Both the position numbers and the translations under genes were made by a program. A stretch of DNA of 64,000 nt from Lama glama (lineage: Eukaryota), in the NCBI GenBank assembly GCA_028534125.1, contig CM052816.1:13890001-13954000 (forward strand). The letters run 5' to 3'. Shown here piece by piece: positions 11,843 to 24,945 of the stretch. Below the pieces are notes generated by a model, which was not told the origin of the DNA, searched no databases, and saw only the letters and a list, made by a program, of their open reading frames with translations. Position 1 is the stretch's first letter; each line of letters opens with the position of its first letter.

Positions 11843-12170
11843 TACAGATCTAGAATCCCTTATTTGAAAAGCCTTGGGGTTAGACCTGTTCAGAATCCAG
11901 AATCTGGGGGATTTTAGCAAGGTAGTACGGTGTATATATTGTATAATACGGAACAGGTCCAGTGGCGTCTGGCACAGTACTGTATAATCAAACATGCTAG
12001 TAGCTCTGGACCAGATGATATAAATATTAACAAAAAGTGGGATAAATAAAGGCTTTAAATAGTCTCAGGACAGTCTGGGTCAGGTTTTGCCACAATCTGA
12101 GTTATGAAACAACTTCTGGTTTTCAGAGTCTTCTGTATTTTAGAATCATGGATTAGGACTTTCAGGCCTT
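11843..12170. mobile_element. MER46C-like TcMar-Tigger element
   Basis: tacagat..agaatcccttat...aagtgggataaataaagg...caggttttgcc...ggttttcagag pattern with degenerate TIRs. Confidence 0.65.
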
Positions 12171-12996
12171 TCTTTTTCTTTCCGTTTTATTTTTTCCTTC
12201 TTTTCTTTTTTAAATCTCCAAGACCTCTGCAGTATTCTTCCCCCTGCAAGTGCTAAGTGGAAGCTGCTGGCATCCAGAACATGACATCTTGATCTCCCTC
12301 ATGTAACATCAGATTCTGGAAGCCAGGGGATAGTTTATTCTCAGTGACATGGGGATCCTTAAGGATTAGTAGGATCCTAAATTAAAGAACAGGAGAGGAA
12401 GACCATTGAATCCATAGGTTCTCTGTCGTCCTGGACAGTAACACACACACATCCATGAAATATACTGAGAACTTGTCATTAGTGTATCATACTCAGTACA
12501 TAAGCAAATAAGAAGGGAGCCTCACTGCACGTCAGGGATGAGGAAAAACTCTACCCTATCACATAGAGAATGGTATTTATCAAATATTGCAAAAATACCA
12601 CTAAATGTTAAAAATCAAGTTTGTTCAATCCTAAATCAATAGCAGAGATGACTGGCAAAACTAAACCATAAGATACATGGAGGCTGATAATCAAGCTAAC
12701 ATCTACTGGATGTTACAAGCTTACAAGTGCTGGGGTCAGCACGTTGTGTGCCTTATCGTGTAACACTCAGAGCAACTCTGTGCAGGAGCTACTGTTACGG
12801 GGCCCCATTCTGGAGATGAGGCTTTGGGACACTGAGTAATTTGATTGTGAGTGTCCAGCCAGGACTCCAACCTGAGTTTGGCAGGCAGGGAAAGGGAAGA
12901 AGGAAGGAAAAGAAGAACAGATGGAGGAAAGTAGGAGGGAAGGAGAAAAGAGGGGAGGAGAGACGGGGAAAAATAATGGAAAGAGAGAAAAAAGCC

Positions 12997-13150
12997 TTGA
13001 CTTGGAGCATCTGTCAATTTCTGGGGTGTAAATGCTCTCACCAGGGTCAGTTTCAAGCTAGTAATGGTTCAGCAGTTGGCTCGCAAAATTCCTAAATGTT
13101 TAATAACTGGCTTTCACAAACTTACAGGAGCCATCTCCTGCACACCACTG
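12997..13150. mobile_element. MER63-like hAT-Blackjack remnant
   Basis: caatttctggggtgtaaatgctctcacca...tttcaagcta...gcacaccactg terminus. Confidence 0.6.
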
Positions 13151-13884
13151 TCAAGCCCGTCCCGTGGCCACATCCATAGTTTACCGGTAACTTGGGAAGA
13201 TGAGGTTTCAGCTCCTGGAACAGAACTGGCCTAGGAGCAGTATGATGAGGTGCTACCCCAGGCCAGCCAGCCACGGCTCCAGTCCTACCCCGATCTACTG
13301 CAGACCACTGAGGGTGGGGCAGGAAAAAAGACAGGGGGGAGAACACACTGTTTCCTTCTCTCCAGGTAATCGTTCTTTCACCAGAGGGCATGATGCAGGT
13401 CCCTGCCAACCTGATGCTCCCTGGCAGAAATAATAATACCTAGAACTTTTTCCCGGACTCTACATACTTTTCTTGGTCAGATAAGGAAGTCTGACTTGAG
13501 ACCAAAGGGTCTGTTTCCTTTCTTTAGATCCTTAATTTCCTTAATATTTCTCTGGAAGCAGTGAGGAAGTATCTTCCACACAATGGGAACCAGCTTTGGG
13601 CCTCATTTTAGCCCACAGTAGTACAATGAACCCAAGTAAAATACATGTAGGCTCTTGGCTTAGCTTCTCTGTTAATACCTGTAGGACACAACGTTCTAAT
13701 TATCTGTCCTGATAATATGTTTCCACGAGAGGCTCCTGAGAGGGGACTGGCCTGTTGGTATCCAATCAACAAATGTACACTCACCATTTGGTGAGTGTTG
13801 GGTGTAAAAAGAAGAGGAATAGTTTCTGTCCCAGGGTCTCAGAGACTATTAAAGGAGACAGGCAAGCAAACATAGTTAAATTAT

Positions 13885-15095
13885 ATTCACTCACTCATCC
13901 AACAAATACTTATCAAATGCTCATCTGATGCCAGGCACTGGGATACCATGGCGGGCAAGGCAGACTGGTCTGTACTATCATGCAGCTGACAGTTCAGCCA
14001 TGGAGAGAGACATTAATAATCAACAGAATAAAAGTTAATTAAAAACTGAAGTAAGAGCTCTAAGGAAGTGTTAAATGGTCCCGTGAGAACCAGAGGAACC
14101 TGACCCAGTTCAGGGAAGTCAGGCTAGGCTTCCTTGAGGAATTGACCACTTAACTAAAACTTGGACAACAAGTAGGAGTTAACCAGGTGAGTGGGGTAGA
14201 GAGGAGGAGGAGAGGATCTGTGCTCCAGAGAGAGGGAACAGTGTAGGTCAAGGTCCCAAGGTGGATGAGAATGCAAGGTTTCAAGGAAGTGGAAGGCTAG
14301 TTTGGAGAGCGAGCGTGATGGGAGATGAGGCAGGGAAAGAGGCTGGGGCTGGTCCTCACAGCGCCCTGCAGGCCTTGTTACAGCTGGCTTTAGGCTTTAT
14401 CTCAGAGCAATGGAAAAACACTGCCGGGTTTAAGCAGGGAATCTGCATGGCAAGGACACCCAGTGCTGTGACAGAGTAAATGAGATGCTGCTACGGGAGC
14501 ATTAGGGAATCAGCTTGTCTAAAGTGCTGTGTGTGGAATGAAGGAAGTGTAGGGAGGTTAGGGCTGGGGATGTGTCCAAATAGGCTTTCTGGAGGAGGGA
14601 CTATCTGAGATGAATTTTTGAAGGATGAGTACGACTTAGCCAGGCCAAGGTGGAAGGCTGGAGGAAGGGGGAGAGAGAGAACACGGCTGGATGAGTGTGA
14701 GGGGGTGGGGGGCTCCAAGAAGAACAGGCCAATAAGAGAAAAGGCAACAAGGTCAGGTGGGGACCAGATGAGGAAAGCCTCATAGGTCATGGTGGGGTCT
14801 GGGCTTTATCCTGACAGCAGCGGGGAACCCACTGACACAGCCAAAGATCTTCAGCAGGAGAGGGAGGCTCATTTTCACATGTTAGAAAGGTCACTGGCAG
14901 CAGGGTGGAAAGTGGACTGGAAGGAAGCAGTGCTGGAGAAGAGAGACCACTGCCGCCTGCCCCAGCAGCCCAGGTGAGAGAAGGTGTCACATCTGCATTA
15001 ATGCAGCACAATGGGAACAGAGAAGACTGGGTGATGCTGGGAGATGTTAAAGAGGTAGAGTTGAGAAGGCTTTGTCACCAGTGGGACGGGCGGGC
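13885..15095 (-). mobile_element. L2 remnants (multiple fragments)
   Basis: ttcactcactcatccaacaaatacttat...tgccaggcactgg; aggcttccttgagga; ttttcacatgttagaaaggtcactggcagcag. Confidence 0.7.
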
Positions 15096-15119
15096 GTGAC
15101 TTCTACTCTGCCCAAAGAA

Positions 15120-15970
15120 TAGTCTCAACAAAATGAGTTCTGTTTATGGTGAGTCTTGCCTTAGGGTCTAGGACATGGTCAATTTTTGTCAACGCGCCCT
15201 GTGTCCTTGAGAAAAATGGTGTTTGCTAGATGTTGGGTGCAGGGTTCTCTTAAATTGTTCATTCCATTGAGCCTGCTAGTTGTGTATTTCAATCTTCCAC
15301 ATCCTTAATATTTTCATCTGTTTGCTCTACCATTTGTGACAGAATCTCCCACCATCATTGTGGATTTGTCAAAACTTCTCCTTATATATATTAGTCAATT
15401 TTTGTTTTATATATTTTGAGGTTTTGTCATTAAATACATACAAGTTAGAATTTTTAGCTCTTTCTGTTGAATTGATCCCCTTATCACTATGCAGTGATCC
15501 CCTTTATCCCTAATAATTCTTTTTTGCCTGAGACCTACTTTATATGTTACCACTATTGCTATACCAACTTTCAATTTTTCATTAATCTTTGGTGTCTGTT
15601 TTTCATCCTTTTGCTTTTAACCCTTCTGTGTCCTTATATTTTAAATGTGTCTCTTGTAATCAGAGTGTAGATGGATTTTTTAAAAAATCCAGTAGACAGT
15701 AAATTTAGCTCATTTACATTTATTGTAATTAGAAATATATTTGAATTTATTTCTGTCACCTAATTTTTAGCAATTAAAAAAATTCTGTTTTTTTCTCTTT
15801 TTTTCTGGATTCTTTTGGATAAGTACTGTTTTATTTATTTCAGCTCTTTTCCTTTATTCCTACCAGTTTCTGGCTTGAATTAATGCATTCTATTTCTTTT
15901 CTTTTAGTAGCTTCCCTTAAATTTAACATGCATATTTAACTTAAGAAAATCTAAGGTAATTAATATCTCT
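15120..15970 (-). mobile_element. Old L1 (L1ME-like) ORF2-region fragment
   Basis: T-rich; tctccaccatcattgtggatttgtc...ttttatatattttgagg...gtgtctcttgtaa...catttacatttattgtaatt. Confidence 0.75.
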
Positions 15971-18900
15971 AAGGAAGAGTTAAGGCTTTGGGTGATGTCA
16001 TTCAAGGAGATGGGGAGCAAGGACTTATGACATATTTGGTACCAAAGGTGAGACCTGTTTTATGAATGCTGCATTTGAGGACACATACCCAATTATCACC
16101 TTAACAGATACCTACACATCTACCTTCAGGGGTTCAAAATACTCTGCAAAACATCCTCCTTCATGGGTATTCTTCATTGCTTACCCAGTGACAGGGTTAA
16201 AAACAAACAAATAAACAAAATCAGTGTTTGCCTCCCCTTGATTCTTAGAACCATATGTCTTCCCTTCTAGCCTAGTCAACTGGGCCAAATTGAACACAAA
16301 TGTGTCCTAAAAAAAGCAGGCATCACAAGTGTCACTTCAATAACTGTTGATAAGCTGAGAACTGAGTCTGAAACAGTGACCTGCATTCTCTCTTACAGAA
16401 CCATGGCTTACCTTTGCCTCCTCCAAATTCTCTACTATGTTTGTGGCTTCAGTGATGAGGGAGGGGGGTGTTTAGCCAATTCTGCCAGATATGAGAGGGA
16501 ATGAAAACTCTTATTTCCATAGCGACTGAAAACTTTTTTTAAATTAACCATTCAATCACAGCTCACCTAGGCCACATCAGGCTTCAACCAGTCCAACATA
16601 ACCAGTTACTCTTATCTCCTAGAGGTCAGGTCCCAGTTTAAACTTTCCAAGTGCTGTTATGAATACTACACCCACAAACACTTCAGACGACGCTGAGGCA
16701 GGCAGGGTGGGGATTATTAAGAGAGACACCTTGGAAGGAGTGTATGACTCGCCCAGGCTCCCAGAGCCAATCTGTGCACCGCTGGGACACAGTGCTGCTC
16801 ACGACCCCACAGTGACACGTGAACTGTATTCCTGGGAGAGAGCGGACACGTAACATTCTGCTCATGGGTCAGAGTTCAGATTCTCTACCAGAGGCTATAG
16901 CTGACAAAACATGTCAGCTTTACCACGGATGTCCCACTTGGTGTTCCCCTCTCTTTGGTGCCACTGGTAAGTCACGACAATCTTCCCAGTGCCCCAGGTC
17001 TCAGGGGGCTGGGCTCAGCACACGACAATGACATGGAGCCCACTGAGCTTGATCTTTTCTGTCTCCCAACACGCACACACGGTCCCTCCCCTGACAGCCA
17101 ACAAAAAGATAACAGTAATGAGAAGCAGAGCTTATAAATTTCCCTTATGCTTAATGCCTGGTTTCACACAGTAAATGGATTCATTTATTAAAGCAATTTG
17201 TGAAAATCCCCAAGGGCCTGCTAAAACTGCTGCCTCAAGGTTTTATCACGTCATATACGTCCCTCATTATTCCTACCCTTGAACAAATACTGCATTGGCA
17301 AGGAACTCTGGACCATCCACGGCTTAAAATACAGGTAAATTGTAAATAAAGCAAGAAAAGATGGTGAGGGGGTGGGGGAGAGGCATTTCCTGCCCCTGGA
17401 GTTCCCTTTGCCAACAAAAAGGATTTTCTTTTTTTGTACATTCCCGCAGATTCCTAATCCCACTCCCTGCTCTAGTCTGTCAACTTCACATGGACCCCAA
17501 AAAAAGGCTTATTATCAGGAGTCGGCATGTCCCCTTCAGGTTTCAGGCAAGGATCGGAACTGAGGGGCGACGGGGGCTGTGTGAAGTCAGTACAGCCACC
17601 TCATCGCTGTCCCTCTCACTCGGGGGAGCAGGCAGAGAGCAGAGGCGTGGTCCTGTGTAACCACAGGCTGCACTGCGATCGGGAGGGAGGGGAGGCCCGC
17701 TGGCCCCTGGCAGAGGTCCTTTGTCTGGGGAGAGCTCACAGCGACAAAGCCCAGGCTGCATGGCTCCCCCATGCGTGAATGTGAGCATGAGTACAACCCT
17801 TGGTGGGAGCTGATGCCTCCAACCTCAGCCAGCCTTTCAGTGCATCTGCTCCTGTCATCCCTATGGGATGGAAGCAAGACTCCCCCTGGGTGCTGGATCT
17901 AGAAGAGGGGCCATCCTCACTGAGTGGTGGCTGCACCATCAGGGCTCACGGGGACCTCCCTGTGAAGAAACCCAGGGACAGCAAGAAACACAGTTCTGCT
18001 CGTCTAAGATGGACAATACACACAGCTATTTGTTCAGTGAAATGGCCACCACTAGTATATAATTATTGTCTCCTGTACCAAATTAAGTGCTTGGGAGAGA
18101 AAAAAAAAACATGGATAATCTTCTTAGTTGTATTTTAAGGAAGAGGGATCTGTTCATCGTTGTATGCTAATAAGAGGTGAAGATGTCTGTGTTTGGAAGC
18201 ACCAAATTGCTTTCCGTCAGAGGGGATCCAGAATCCAGTACAGAGAGGAAGTGAAGGGAGAGGGAGACGGAGATGCTGGGAGGAAGAAGGGCAGAGTAGA
18301 GGGACAGCATGAGAGAGAGAGGGGGACAGAGGTGGGCACGGAGACTCAAAGGCCTATGGATGAAAGAGAGGGATTTGGCAGAGAAAGCGAAGGATTGGGG
18401 AGGAAACGCAGTGTGCTGTGGAAGGTGAACCTTGCAGTCTTCCCTGTGAAACTGACATAAATGAAATTAATTTTCCGTCTGTTACTATGCTATGTGAAAA
18501 GGGCCGGACAGAGTTTCACCATATGTGAAGGGGATACACAGGGTGGTCTGACTTTAAAGACGGTTTATATGGTGTAGGCGAAACTCTCCCTTGGGGTCTT
18601 TGGAGGGACTTCAGACCATAGCCCATGTGGCTGTAGACTGGGAGAGACGTTCCAGACACATCAAAACGCCTGGAGCAGAGGAAACAAATGGAGGCTTCCA
18701 ATATAAACCCTAATTCCAAAGTCACTGGGGCAAATCACCCAAGCTGCTGCCTTGATTTCTGAAGGAACTACTTTCTGTGGGAGCAGCTCCTCGAGGCAAC
18801 CCCCGGGGATGGGTGGATAGGTGGATGGTGGTGAGGGGAACACAGGAGGCCGGCTGGCCTTCTGTCAAGTTCATGGGGCTCCCGGACGCCTGGTGATGTG

Positions 18901-19129
18901 GGTTCTCCGGGGAAAGAGGAGATGCATGGGGGCAAAAGTGGAGGCTCTTGGTGGTGACAGCCAACATCTGGGTCACCAACGAGTAACAAGGTCATGGGGA
19001 CAGAGGTACATGCCAGTCAATGGGTAGAGCCCCCACTTCTGGTAATAACACTGCGGTGTCAGTGAAGCCGCTTAGCCTCGTCACGGTGACGAAGGGCAAG
19101 TTCACACTTTCTTTCAACAGATCCCTCCT

Positions 19130-19295
19130 GAGGCTCGGCTCCACCGCCTACTAGCTGTTGACCTTGGACAGGTCATTGAGCATCTGTCAGCTTTGGTTCG
19201 TTTTGTGAAAAAATGAGATAATGTTAGTGTCTGCCTCAAAAGGTTACAGTGAGGATTACACGAGTTAACTTGTAGCCCACAGTAAGTTAGTGATA
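19130..19295 (+). mobile_element. MIR SINE
   Basis: tactagctgttgaccttggacaggtca...aaaatgagataat...gtgaggattacacgagttaa. Confidence 0.7.
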
Positions 19296-19859
19296 TGATG
19301 ATCATTATTTGATAATCAATACATACAGTTAGCGCTTACTCATAGGATGAAGTTCCCACGTTAGTTCTCGGGTCACTGCGTCTTTCTTGTGCAGTCCTTG
19401 TCGCTACCAGCACTTCGTCCTCCTACATGGTGAGGCAAGTAGATACTTTAAAATCCTAGTGTTTACTGGCTTTGCTTTTTAATCAGTCCTTCGAGGGGTC
19501 ATGGATGCATTTTTACCTAATAATGTAAGTTTGTATGTAGTGAGTGTTCAGAACATTAGAGGATTGTAACAGGTAGTGTGGTGGCTTCTGTGCCATAATA
19601 AGCATGTCTCATTGTAAAGTAATTCAGATGAAGACGGCCTTTGCACCAGGGTCAGACTGCCAACTTCTCTGCGTGATCGGAGGTATGTGGGAAGCTGTGG
19701 ACGCAGGCAGTGACTGGCAGAACCTTCCTAAAGCTCCATCTCATAAAATTTCCTTTGGTACAGGGATTGCCCTTTAAAAAACCCACTCAACACCTCCGCA
19801 TGCCTCGCTCTCCAGCTCCACTTCTGTTCCCACCAGGAAGCCCAGAATTTTCCTTTACG

Positions 19860-20440
19860 TGTTAAGCCTTGGCTGTCTCGGAAACGCCCCCTCTGCCGTC
19901 CCCGTGGGTGTCGCGCGCCCAGGCCGCCCCGGCCATCCCTGTGCCCGGGCCTCAGCACCTGGTCACGACAGTGGGAGTGGGGAGGGCGCAACCTCAGTGC
20001 CGGCCTCTCGGCTTCTGTGGGTTCCAGCCAGACCCTGAGGGTTATTTTAGTGCAACTTCAGTGTTTAATTTGAGGATGTGTGTGGATCAGAAGGAGGGAC
20101 CAAAACGTAATTTTTTTTTCCCCTCCGCCAAATGATCAAATTTGATGTTCTAAAAAATGCACCAGCCCGGTCCCGAGCTGTGTCCAATTGGGAAGTGGGA
20201 AATGCCTGCAACTCCCTCCCAGGCCGGGACCCTCCTTCCTTAACCGCTGGCCACCGCGCAGGCCCGTTTGCTGTGGGCAGCACCTGGGCAGTCTGTGGTT
20301 ACCACCCGACCAGGAGCCTGTGCCCCGAGGCTCTCCTTCCCTTCTGGAAATTGCACGCTGCACCTTCCCCGAAAGGACGTTCTACAGGGCTGTTTAATTT
20401 CTTACAGCCTCGACAGCGCCCCGCAGCAGCTGCTGAACCA
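19860..20440 (+). promoter_or_regulatory. GC/CpG-enriched region directly upstream of FGF1 coding exon 1 (possible proximal promoter)
   Basis: Visible CpG enrichment (e.g. gtcgcgcgcccaggccgccccggcc) and a CCAAT at ~20184. A promoter contiguous with exon 1 (1.G) is described in mouse; activity here is inference. Confidence 0.35.
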
Positions 20441-20608
20441 TGGCTGAAGGGGAAATCACCACCTTCGCGGCCCTCAGGGAGAAGTTCAACCTGCCTCCGG
20501 GGAACTACAAGAAACCCAAACTCCTCTACTGCAGCAACGGGGGCCACTTCCTGAGGATCCTTCCAGATGGCACTGTGGATGGGACCAGGGACAGGAGCGA
20601 CCAGCACA
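20440..20608 (+). CDS. FGF1: FGF1 coding exon 1 (aa 1-56 plus first nt of codon 57); exon begins at acceptor 20408 with 32 nt of 5' UTR
   Basis: Translates as [56 protein letters not shown], near-identical to mammalian FGF1 N-terminus including NYKKPKL nuclear localisation motif. Kozak context accATGG; acceptor tttcttacag ends 20407; donor GTAAGC at 20609; 169 nt. Confidence 0.99.
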
Positions 20609-22384
20609 GTAAGCGCCCATCTCTCCTGTAGCCCCTCGCCTTTCTGGTGTCGGCCTTGGTCAAGGACGGGAGACAGGAGGATAGTAAGGGCTGACCCCCT
20701 GCCCCAAGGCTCTGTGCAGGCTCGACACGCTCGGAGGCAGGGGTGACCCGAATGTGCCAAGTGCCTCGGGGTGGAAGACGGGGAGTTGTGAGGGTTCAGC
20801 CTGCCTAAAAGGGTCATATCTTGAGAGTTTAAGAGGATGCTCTGTTGACCTCACACAAGTGCTCTGAGATCAGACTGGCTACCCGTGTTCAGTGGTTCCA
20901 GGCTTCTGTAACAAGCGAGGGGTCTGGTCCTCAAGGCCGGTCAGGGCCCCGCTCGCTCCATGACAGGAAGAGCCACGCGGGGCCAGGGCGGTAAAGCCCC
21001 CACAAAGACATCGGCTCAATTTCAAGTTAACTGACTCTCCAGGTTACGGTTCCACTGGGCTTGGCTTGTGACATCCTGGTTCATGAGCGCAGGCTCACAC
21101 ATTGTAAATTCCGCCGCTTCCACTCTGCACATCACGCAGATGTGGTTGTGGGAACCGGGCGGGGGGAAGTCCTTCTCCAGACCTGATAGAAACCGGAGAG
21201 CGGAAGTGATTCGAGCCAAAGGCTGAATGTCTCTTTCGGCTTTCCTGCCAGCCCGGCTCTCAGATGGTGTTGACAAATGGAGGTATGACTTAGGAGAAAA
21301 AGAATCTTCTTGAGTATCTAATGATAAAAATCTCTTCCTTTTGCTTTAGTACTGTTGGCATTGGTGTGCGGGTTTGATGTTAGGTGTCTGGGTCCTACTG
21401 TGATCTTATCAGGGATTCCCCGAGCACCACTGAGGCATCACATGTTGTAAAGAGGACAAAAGTCAGATCTGGTCCCCACTAAGAGGGTCTAAAGGGTCAT
21501 ACGTGTCACAAATCAAGAGAAGAAAAGTGTGGATGAAATTAGGAGACAGGGTAGCTCAGGTAGAAATTAAGGTTCTGCAGGATGGCTTTAAAATGGAATG
21601 CAGAATACGGGCTTTGATGTGATGGTATATATTCACGAGACACGCACCACAGGTCAGGCACTAAGCACAAACGGCCCCCTCAGTGGTGCTCACTCTCCAC
21701 CCTCAGACACACAGCCAGCATTTATCCACCAGGTGGCACTGTCCCCTCCTTCCCACCCACCATGCAGACCCTTGAGATGAGGAGCAGGAAGGCTGAGGGT
21801 GAGGCTGGCCGCTGCAGGGTTAGATTTTTTTGAGCTTTATTTTGATGGCTTGTCTTTAGATGGGCCTGTTGAATGCCTGTTACCTGATGAAAACCGGGTA
21901 CCAGAGAGAAGCAAGAAAGACTACTGACAATGTCAAACAGACGTATCAGCCACTTTTACCGCAAATAACTGGACGTGGACTGTAGTCTTGTTGTGTTGTG
22001 TCAGGCAAGCTACACAATTCGTGTGATCTGCCCCATGCAACACAAAGGGAGCAAGCTGTAATTTCTCTAAGGTTTTAAATGTTTCTAATAAGTCTTAGCA
22101 ATTTTCTGAACTAATGGGAATGCTCTCTGATCATCAGAATCCCAGGGGAAAAGACAACCTTGGTGATGTGGTCTGTGGGGTTAAGCCAGCTCTCCTGGGA
22201 AAACTTGAATTCTTGGGTAATGAGAGGCTACCATTCCAAGTCCAAGTAGTGGAATTTCTGTACCAGCGGTGCATGACTTCACTGCTAACACTGTAGGTTG
22301 CACTCTCAGTGTGTAACTTCGGGATGTCTCGAGAGTGCTGCGAATTCAGCTGCCTGACCTAAGATGTCAGGAGTCCTGGAAGGC

Positions 22385-22640
22385 AGCATCCGGTAGCATA
22401 GGAGTGCGTGTGAGGAGGTCTGCCTACCAGTAATGCTGGATCAGAGACTTCCCAAGTGAACTCGGGCTAGTTACTTAACCAGTCTGGCCTCACTTTTCCC
22501 ACTTATAAAATGTAAGAATAATATTACTTGCCTCATAGGTTTCTTGGGAAGATTAAATGAGAATAATGTAGTAAAAATTCCTGGCAGTCTCTCAGCCCAG
22601 AGACCCAGTGCAGCCCGTGTTGGGTCACGTTGCTACTGTT
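22385..22640 (+). mobile_element. MIR SINE
   Basis: gttacttaacc...taaaatgtaagaataata...cctcatagg...gattaaatgagaataatgta. Confidence 0.7.
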
Positions 22641-24719
22641 GTCACCATTATCATCACCACCACCACCAAGATGTCCACACATTCAACACAGCACATGGAA
22701 ACAGAATACTACACTTAAAGACCATGCCTGGTCTCTTCTCCTCAACCACGCTGCCCTCCAGGAAGGCCAAGGGTCTAGATCCAGGTTTTGATTCAAGGCC
22801 TCTCTGGCAATATTCAGACTTACGCTGGCCTGTTTACTTAATCCAGGACTAAGAACAAAGGCCAAGGAGGACAGAAATCACAGTGGGGTGAGCGAGCAGA
22901 AATCCATCCCCGCACCTGTCAATGCCCGGAGAGCTGGATAATAATCCACATGCCCCCTGCGGAGTCCAGGGTCCTGGGTTTACACTCTGAAACCTTGGGT
23001 TCCTATTCCTGCACCACTGCTTTCTACCTGGAGCAGCACTGGACAATTACCATGCTCTCCATGTTGTGTAAAGTGCTCTGTAAAAGCCACATCAAGTCGG
23101 CCAGCCCCATGCCCCTCCCAATCACCTTCTGCCTTCTAGAAGTGTAAAAGCCTCCAGGGCTCCTAGCCATCTCCTCCTGGGGGGGAATCTTGAGGCTGCA
23201 CTTCCTCACCTCTGCAATGGGAATAACAATACTGTCCTGTGCATCTGACAAAGCTGAAAAATCTTATGAGATCTGGTGGCCAAGAGGACGCCTTAGCAAG
23301 GATGCGCCCTCTCAATGGGGTTCTGTCGCCCTCTTCTGGCCAGTGGTGGTACTGCCACAACCCTTCTCAATTTCAAGGATCTTCAAAAACAATCAACCTG
23401 GGCCGGCCTGGAGCGGGTGATCCCTGGGTAACTGGTTAGCACAGTCTGCAAGGGGATGGTTTCGACTCCGTGATCATTATTAGACTGAGCGTGACTAGAG
23501 ACTCTGGTGACAAGTTGAAAGCCACACTCTTAAGTCCTCCTTGAGGGAGAATATATCTAAAAGCCAATCAAATATTTAAATAAGTCTACGTACATCATGC
23601 AAGATAGAACCTTCTGCCTTCCAGCTCTACAAGGCAAAAAACAAAAACAAGCAAAACCCTCCTTTCACAGCTTCCCTTTGTCCCCAGCCAGTCGATCTGC
23701 CCTGGCAAGATGGGAAGTTTTCAAAAATTTGTCTTCCCACCTTACCTCCAGGAGAGTAAGTTTCCCAGGACCTAACACCAGGCCTTCCTTGGAGTGGTAT
23801 AAACCTAGGATGGGTGCCTGCGTGCGCGGGCTGCTGTAATGGAGGCTTGGATGGGAGGTCTCCACTGGTGGGAGCTTCGGGACTGCAGAGGAGATGTTTT
23901 TGGCGTATCCCTTTACAATGGCTCAAATCACGGCCGGAGGCAATTACCAATGCAGGCTGTGGACCTCTGTCACATCGCCATACTAGGAATGCCAGCAGAA
24001 TGAGAGAGAAGGGGCGACGGGGGCAGCTCGTGAGAAGATTCACGCTGACTCCGAGGGCTTGACTTGGGGAGGCTGGTACGTGGTGGCGTCACCACAAGAG
24101 GGAGGATCCTGGAAGAGGGACAGGTGCAGGGAAAGAGGCCCAGGGGCATTCCAGACACAGGGCATCTGAGGAGTGCCTTGTGTACCAGGCAGCCCTCCTT
24201 GGAGTTAGCACAGCGCATTTACTCGTGTGATTATTTCATGGCTTCCTCCCCCACTGGGCTCCCCGAGGATGGGGACTGCGCTCTCTAACAGCTCCGCACT
24301 GCAATTCTTATGTCCAGCACACTGCCTGGCAGTTGGGATCATGCTCAATAAATATTAATTTGATGAGTCAATGAATTGTGTGGGTGGCAGGGAAATTCAA
24401 ATTCAACAACGTTCTCCGTCGATGTCTGTCGAGCACCTGATATATGCCAGGCATTGCGCTAGACTCTTTCATTTCCTCTTAGCCATGGTCCTGGGAGGTT
24501 ATTAATTATCATTCATAACTAACTACCCTGTGAACTAACCTTGTGAACACTGAGCCCACAGGACCTGGGACCAGCTTCTAACTGGGAAACTTGGCACAGA
24601 CCCACAGGTCCTTCTTCCAAGCCCAAGGCGCTCTCCACAGGCCTTACCAATACCAACACCATGACGGGGGGGCCACCCCACATGCTGATTAAGTAAATGC
24701 ACCCGCACTGTGGGTCAGA

Positions 24720-24945
24720 TCGGGGCAGGAGCAGGCAGGTCCCATTCCTGCTGTTTTCTGGTTCCGTGTCACCACGGGGAAGTTACTTCTCCTCCACATG
24801 CCTCAGTTTCCTCATTTTAAAAACAAGGGTGACAACAGTACCCACCCTCACAGGAAGGTAGGAATTTTAAGTGTGATCATTTATGAAAGTGCTTAACACA
24901 CTTCCAGGCACACGATAAGTGCTCGGAAAATGGTATTTATTATTA
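24720..24945 (+). mobile_element. MIR SINE
   Basis: aagttactt...gcctcagtttcctcatt...acagtacccaccctcacagg...aaagtgcttaa...caggcaca...taagtgctc. Confidence 0.75.

Noticed and set aside
1..20407. FGF1 alternative non-coding first exons (1C/1D-type)
   Set aside because: Some are expected upstream, but I cannot assign coordinates from sequence alone, so they are not annotated.
20299..20817. 172-aa ORF antisense to exon 1 (and 140-aa alternative-frame ORF 20132-20554)
   Set aside because: Shadow ORFs over a GC-rich coding exon.
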